64,000 bases of DNA from an uncultured Candidatus Binatia bacterium (GTDB lineage Bacteria > Desulfobacterota > Binatia > Bin18 > CBDCRK01), in NCBI GenBank assembly GCA_965220955.1, contig CBDCRK010000037.1:58928-122927 (forward strand), written 5' to 3'. Under the pieces are notes generated by a model. It was not told the origin of the DNA, did no database searches, and saw only the letters and a program-made list of their open reading frames with translations. A program made the position numbers and the translations under genes. How positions within the stretch are numbered: the stretch's first letter is position 1; every line of letters starts with the position of its first letter. Below are positions 59,203 to 64,000 of this stretch, piece by piece.

Positions 59203-60651
59203 ATGATACAGAAGATACTAGGACAAAAAGTCGGGAAGGAAGGCTTTGCCTTGCAACCATCACTGCCATTCTTTCAGAAAAAGAATGGCACAAAACCAGA
59301 AGAATCTATAGACGTTGAGCGTAGACTGTCAGTTCTGCTCAGACATGATCTCACATTTAGGGGAGAGAAAACATCTTACGCGGGCCATAACATCCATGCT
59401 TTTGCGGCAAAGTTTCCGCCACAGATACCTCAAGCTTTTGTCAACGAGTTAACCAAGCCAGGGGAACGTATTCTTGACCCTATGGCTGGGTCTGGCACTG
59501 CCTTAATAGAAGCAGTGCTTGCTAGCCGTTTTGGCATCGCGGTTGATCTTGATCCTCTGGCTTCATTGATCTCTAAAGTAAAAAGCACGCCCATTGATTT
59601 CGCAGAGTATAAACATGCTAGCGAGAAAGTATTGAGAGAGGCAAGAAAGAAATTATGCTCAGCAGACGACAGAATATTATTGCGTTTCTACTCCCCGAAA
59701 GCCGTTGAATTTTTCCGATTTTGGTTTACCAAGGAAATTATCAATGAACTTTTTGCCTTGATCCGTGCAATCAGAAAAGTCAATAAACCAGAAATTCGAG
59801 TGTTCTTAAAGGTGATCTTTTCCTCTTGCATTATCACTAAAAGTGGTAGCCTTACGCTTGCACGAGATTTAGCACACAGCCGTCCGCATCGTGATCTAAC
59901 CAGACAGATAAAGCAAAGTGCATTCGATGTATTTCAAGACAGAATGTACAGCACGCTCGTTTCCCTGTATCACGTTTCTCAATTCCCTCCATCGTCTTTG
60001 GTATTGCGTGCTGATTCAAGAAATCTTCCATTAGCCACAAATTCTGTACACTTGATTGTGACTTCTCCGCCATACGCCGCCAACGCGATTGACTATATGC
60101 GCGCCCATAAGTTTTCGCTTATTTGGCTTGGTTACGAGCCGGACGATTTGAGTTTAATACGTAGCCGGTGTATAGGCTCAGAACTTAAGCCAGAAACCTT
60201 AAACGTCGATTCAGCAACAGGGAATGATATCATTGAACGACTAAAAACCATAGAAGAAAAAAGGGCTGCTGTTGTTGCCCACTACTATAACGAAATGAAG
60301 CTCTCATTGCTTGAAATGCTTCGCGTTCTTATACATGGCCGTGCAGCAGTTCTTGTAGTGGGCTCCTCAATCATTAAAGGGATCGATATCAAAGCCCCGA
60401 CCGTCTTGGCAGAGATAGCGACATCTGTAGGTTTTCACATAGTAGACGTTGCCAAGCGCGATATTGTACGTGACGCACGGATGATGCCTATAAGTCACAA
60501 AAGCGAGCGTACTGGCATTGAGGCTCGAATGCATGAAGAGGGAGTAATCGGCTTAATAAAACCATTAGAAGGGGAGGTCAATGCCAACGCGCAAACAGAT
60601 AATGCAATTCATAGCAACAGAACTAGCGAGGTTGGTGAAAACCCCAGCTGA
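59203..60651 (+). CDS. Type II DNA amino-methyltransferase (N6-adenine or N4-cytosine; motif I DPMAGSGT, motif IV SPPY)
   Basis: AdoMet motif DPMAGSGTA at ~aa 92 and catalytic TSPPYAANAIDY at ~aa 290; low-GC gene. Confidence 0.75.
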   Translation: MIQKILGQKVGKEGFALQPSLPFFQKKNGTKPEESIDVERRLSVLLRHDLTFRGEKTSYAGHNIHAFAAKFPPQIPQAFVNELTKPGERILDPMAGSGTALIEAVLASRFGIAVDLDPLASLISKVKSTPIDFAEYKHASEKVLREARKKLCSADDRILLRFYSPKAVEFFRFWFTKEIINELFALIRAIRKVNKPEIRVFLKVIFSSCIITKSGSLTLARDLAHSRPHRDLTRQIKQSAFDVFQDRMYSTLVSLYHVSQFPPSSLVLRADSRNLPLATNSVHLIVTSPPYAANAIDYMRAHKFSLIWLGYEPDDLSLIRSRCIGSELKPETLNVDSATGNDIIERLKTIEEKRAAVVAHYYNEMKLSLLEMLRVLIHGRAAVLVVGSSIIKGIDIKAPTVLAEIATSVGFHIVDVAKRDIVRDARMMPISHKSERTGIEARMHEEGVIGLIKPLEGEVNANAQTDNAIHSNRTSEVGENPS

Positions 60652-61318
60652 CATATGGATTGCTCTCTATGTGTTGCTTCTTGATTATGTCAATAGTGTC
60701 CCTCGTATAACTGACGCAAACAGACTTAAGTCAGGGTCGATCTGGTTCCGCAGAGCCGAACTTGTTGGAGCAACGTTGGCGCAGACGCTCGGCTGTATTC
60801 CGGCAGACACACCTAGCCGCGTCAATCAACTTATGCAAACCGTCTATCCCCCTGGCACGCAAAGAATGAATCCTATAGGTATCGCCCTGGCGGCTGCCAC
60901 TATTTACTTGATAGACAGATTCGCGGGTAATTATCGCTGGCAAACAGAAGCAAGAATTGGCATCGACGTGTTTCCAAATCTTATTAATTCTCGTCGCCGC
61001 TCTGTAGATATCGTTGCGTTTTATCCAAACAGCAATACGCCCTATGCCGTGATCTCAAGCAAGTGGGGAATGCGCCACGACAGGATACTAGACCCCCAGC
61101 AAGAAGCAGACACCTATAAACAACATGAGCCAAATCTGAAGTTCTATGTACTTACGAACGAGTTTGACAATGGAAGGCTTCAACATCTACTCAACTACCC
61201 AGCCATTGATGGAGTCTTTCATATTAGCAAGGACTTAGTTTGGCAGGTGTACGGGGGCAACCCGCCTGGGCTCACTGGCCTAATGGACTTTACTGACCTG
61301 TTTCCTTTGTTTCCCTAG
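60581..61318 (+). CDS. Putative cognate type II restriction endonuclease (PD-(D/E)xK-like)
   Basis: Overlaps the MTase 3' end by 71 nt; RBS GGGGAGG before the ATG; possible nuclease core (RRRSVDIVAF ... AVISSKWGMR); no database-level identification possible. Confidence 0.45.
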   Translation: MPTRKQIMQFIATELARLVKTPADIWIALYVLLLDYVNSVPRITDANRLKSGSIWFRRAELVGATLAQTLGCIPADTPSRVNQLMQTVYPPGTQRMNPIGIALAAATIYLIDRFAGNYRWQTEARIGIDVFPNLINSRRRSVDIVAFYPNSNTPYAVISSKWGMRHDRILDPQQEADTYKQHEPNLKFYVLTNEFDNGRLQHLLNYPAIDGVFHISKDLVWQVYGGNPPGLTGLMDFTDLFPLFP

Positions 61319-61616
61319 TAAATTATGCCTTTCTTCAAGTGGCAGCACGTTCCCTGTGGACGGCTTAGGGGGTCAGGCATGTATATTGACTTACTCAGAG
61401 TCTCAATTCTGTAGCAAGAACCGAAGATATCTGAGACGGAGCAGAACGCCACTATCTTAAACTAGGAAATTCTGAACCTTAATAACCTTAGCGCATTCAG
61501 GTTTGCTGCCTTCCGTGCCGCTGCACGCCGTCGGCTTTCCCCTCTCGGGATACCGAGAGGCTATCCTCCTGATGGTTGTTTAGGGAAAAAGCTATCAAAG
61601 CTAGGGTGGCGGACTG

Positions 61617-62255
61617 TTACATCATGGCCGCGCCAAACTGCATGGCCAGGGCCATATCGCCGCTGACCTTAATAATACCGCCCATAAAGGCTGATTGAGG
61701 ATTCAGTTCTCCTCGGGCCATCTTATGGGCATCTTCAACCTTTATGCTCATGACTGTTTGCGGGGTAGCCGGACATTCCCCCTCGCCAAACTGAAGGTCA
61801 AATCCATGTTCACTACCATCAGGGAAATCGGTAAAAGTAAAACGCAGCACGCCCTGGAGAGTCTTTAACCGCTCGATGCGCGATTTGGTCAACTGACCCT
61901 GCCCCCCTCCCTGTCCAGGAGCCAGCATTGCTTCCCCGCTGGTTACCGTTGCTTGCCAGTCATTATAAGACTGATATGTGGTCATGAGTGGCGGAAAAGC
62001 AGGCTCGGTCTCGACCGCCATCTCCCCAGCTTGGGTGTTCAGATACCATGTGCCCCCACCTTCTCCCTCAATCACTACTTTGACTGTGGCCTGGGCGTTG
62101 AGATGATCCTGGACCTCCTGTTCCAGAGCTATAATTCTACGGCGTAAGTCATCAACACGCTGTTTAAAGCGCGGCGCGATACCTTCTTGAAGAAAGCTTT
62201 TGGGAGTAAGCTGTGGCTGGGGTGGGGTTGAGGGAATCTGACCTTCATCTGCCAT
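61617..62255 (-). CDS. SCP2 sterol/lipid-binding domain protein
   Basis: SCP2 motifs (VKVVIEGEGGGTWYLN..., GELNPQSAFMGGIIKVSGDMALAMQF). Confidence 0.65.
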   Translation of the reverse strand: MADEGQIPSTPPQPQLTPKSFLQEGIAPRFKQRVDDLRRRIIALEQEVQDHLNAQATVKVVIEGEGGGTWYLNTQAGEMAVETEPAFPPLMTTYQSYNDWQATVTSGEAMLAPGQGGGQGQLTKSRIERLKTLQGVLRFTFTDFPDGSEHGFDLQFGEGECPATPQTVMSIKVEDAHKMARGELNPQSAFMGGIIKVSGDMALAMQFGAAMM

Positions 62256-62290
62256 AACTTCTGTCCTCCGTTACTCTATAAAGTCAGTTC

Positions 62291-63517
62291 TTATTCGCCT
62301 GTATCTTTTCCGGCTCCTGACCCCTCCTTCTGTAAGGCTTGGCTCATTATTTTTACGGCTTTGTCCATTTCCATGGCAGAGATGATCAAAGGCGGGGCCA
62401 AGCGAACAACCGTGTCACGGTGCAGAGTCCAGTTGAGGATGAGACCCTGGGCAAAGCAGGAACGGACAAAAGCCTGGGTGGCTTCTGGATCGGCAAACTC
62501 CAGGCCAACCAGGAGGCCCTTACCGCGCGCTTCCTTAAGGCCACCCTGGCCAATAAGACTTCTTAGCCTCTGTACCAATTTCTCCCCCATCACCCGCGCG
62601 CGCTCCGGCAAGTCTTCCGTAAGAATAAACTCCAGAGAAGCCAAACCAGCAGCGCAGCAGACAGGATGGCCACCGAATGTGGTCACATGAGCCAAAGGAG
62701 GATCGTGGGAAAGGGTGGCCATAATCTCTGGCGTACCCACAAAGGCGCCCAGTGGCATTCCCCCACCCAGGGCTTTGGCCAGGACCAGTATATCAGGCGT
62801 AACATCCCAGTGCTCGTAGGCAAAGAGTTTTCCCGTACGACCAAAGCCAGTGATGACCTCGTCGAAGATCAAGAGGGCGCCTACTGCGGTACAGTAACGA
62901 CGCAGAGTGGGAAGAAATTCGTCATCGGGAATGCGTACTCCGCCCTCCCCCTGGATGGGCTCAATAATCACTGCGGCAACGGAAGGATCAATCACGTCTA
63001 AAGCCTTCCTATCATTGAATGGCAGAAACTCCACAGTGGGAAGCAAAGGCTCGAATGGGGTACGATAGAAGGGATTTCCACCTACAGATAACGAGCCAAA
63101 GGTGTCTCCATGAAAACTACCCACAAAGCTCACAAAGCGAGAGCGGCCCGTGTATTTGCGGGCGGTCTTTAGGGCTCCTTCGACTGCTTCGGTCCCGCTG
63201 TTGGTAAAGTAGGTCATGGACAAGGGAGCAGAAACAACCTCGGCTAGGCGACGGGCGAGCCGCACCTGAGGTTCCTGGACGTACTCCCCGTATACCATGG
63301 CATGGAGGTATTGCTCGGCTTGTTCCTTGATTGCCTGCACAACCACCGGTTGGGTGTGACCAATGCTGGCTACACCCAGGCCAGAAAGAAAATCCAGGTA
63401 CTCCCTGCCGCTCTTGTCCCAGACTAGGCACCCCCGGGCTTTTTCGATTTCGATGCCCATGGGCTCGGACGACGTCTGGCAGACAAAATGGAGGAAATCC
63501 TCCTGCAATGAACTCAT
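62291..63517 (-). CDS. Class III pyridoxal-phosphate-dependent aminotransferase (acetylornithine/omega-aminotransferase-like)
   Basis: AT-III motifs (FTNSGTEAVEGALK, FDEVITGFGRTG, LAKALGGGMPLGA with the PLP lysine). Confidence 0.8.
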   Translation of the reverse strand: MSSLQEDFLHFVCQTSSEPMGIEIEKARGCLVWDKSGREYLDFLSGLGVASIGHTQPVVVQAIKEQAEQYLHAMVYGEYVQEPQVRLARRLAEVVSAPLSMTYFTNSGTEAVEGALKTARKYTGRSRFVSFVGSFHGDTFGSLSVGGNPFYRTPFEPLLPTVEFLPFNDRKALDVIDPSVAAVIIEPIQGEGGVRIPDDEFLPTLRRYCTAVGALLIFDEVITGFGRTGKLFAYEHWDVTPDILVLAKALGGGMPLGAFVGTPEIMATLSHDPPLAHVTTFGGHPVCCAAGLASLEFILTEDLPERARVMGEKLVQRLRSLIGQGGLKEARGKGLLVGLEFADPEATQAFVRSCFAQGLILNWTLHRDTVVRLAPPLIISAMEMDKAVKIMSQALQKEGSGAGKDTGE

Positions 63518-63656
63518 TATGTAGGCACTCGGCTCTCAGCGTTTAGCTTCTGTTGGCAACACACCCTTAGTTCTCTGAGGTCCCTTATCTCACTATGTTC
63601 GAGCCTATCTATTCAGCAGGGCAGAGACAAGGCTGATTGCTGACTGCTGAACGTTC

Positions 63657-64000
63657 TTATATTGGCTCCTCAACACCAACCCAACGAATCAGGTCACGAA
63701 GACACAGGCGGCCCCCGTGGTGCCAGCTGAGAGACGGTTTCTGCATCTTGCCTATAGGACAGATGCGAGCTACCCCGGCCTCACCCAGAATCTCGGCAAC
63801 CACCGGTAAACGCTCAGACGTGACCGCCACGCCAGCAGCCTCTAGATAAGTCCGCCATGGTCGAAGAAATTCGGCTATTTGTTGTACATCATCCAGAGGT
63901 TTCACCCGTACTGTTCTATTGAGCGGAGAAGAGAGAAAAGTAGGATCTTCGTCATAGATCACTGTCCAGTCGGTCCCCTGAGGGCTGGTATGAAGAACTA
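63657..64000 (-). CDS. Partial gene (5' end outside window): tentative LuxC-like acyl-CoA reductase C-terminus
   Basis: Minus-strand frame is open to the window edge; the C-terminal segment ...RICPIGKMQKPSLSWHHGG... resembles the acyl-CoA reductase (LuxC) family C-terminus. Confidence 0.35.
   Translation of the reverse strand, partial: VLHTSPQGTDWTVIYDEDPTFLSSPLNRTVRVKPLDDVQQIAEFLRPWRTYLEAAGVAVTSERLPVVAEILGEAGVARICPIGKMQKPSLSWHHGGRLCLRDLIRWVGVEEPI

Overview
This 64-kb window is a moderately GC-rich (roughly 55-58%) bacterial chromosomal segment, densely coded on both strands. No rRNA, tRNA or CRISPR array was recognised.

The backbone is housekeeping and redox metabolism. It includes apaG, an FGE-sulfatase family protein, two SDRs, an amidohydrolase, a cytochrome c' plus a diheme cytochrome c, a MetE-like protein, a PEP-mutase/isocitrate-lyase family protein, a NUDIX CoA pyrophosphatase and trxA. 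It also carries the complete cell-shape cluster mreB-mreC-mreD-mrdA(PBP2)-rodA, a PpiD-like chaperone, larC, thiI, a LOG protein and an LLM/F420-type oxidoreductase. Further along are a DciA(DUF721)/Clp1-like kinase pair and the class II (B12) ribonucleotide reductase nrdJ preceded by NrdR boxes. The remaining backbone genes are a TenA-family protein, hsp20, rfbC, a MoeA-PBP fusion, a Leu/Phe/Val dehydrogenase, formiminotransferase-cyclodeaminase, two hydrolases, an M20 peptidase, a pqqC-like/ribBA pair, a fused double family-III CoA-transferase, a class III aminotransferase, an SCP2 protein and a partial LuxC-like reductase.

Three accessory or decayed segments are embedded in this backbone:
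- ~37.15-39.5 kb: a degraded integrative element with tandem tyrosine-recombinase remnants, a Uma2 endonuclease and a frameshifted CPA2 antiporter.
- ~49.4-52.3 kb: an AT-rich island of small ORFs in which a frameshifted IS1595-family element sits between two paralogous genes.
- ~58.8-61.4 kb: a low-GC island carrying a type II restriction-modification pair.

Several gene relics are also present: a histidine-kinase tail, a frameshifted tandem-Cache protein, an adenosine-deaminase stub and a RelE/ParE stub.

The most notable observation is a DsbA/FrnE-like gene (41382..41993, minus strand) whose in-frame TGA sits exactly at the first Cys of the CxxC motif (U-P-W-C). A SECIS-like hairpin follows 11 nt downstream, so it is a probable selenoprotein that the ORF track truncated.

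Coordinates I derived by hand (internal starts, motifs, hairpins) may be off by 1-3 nt. ORF-track coordinates are used where possible.
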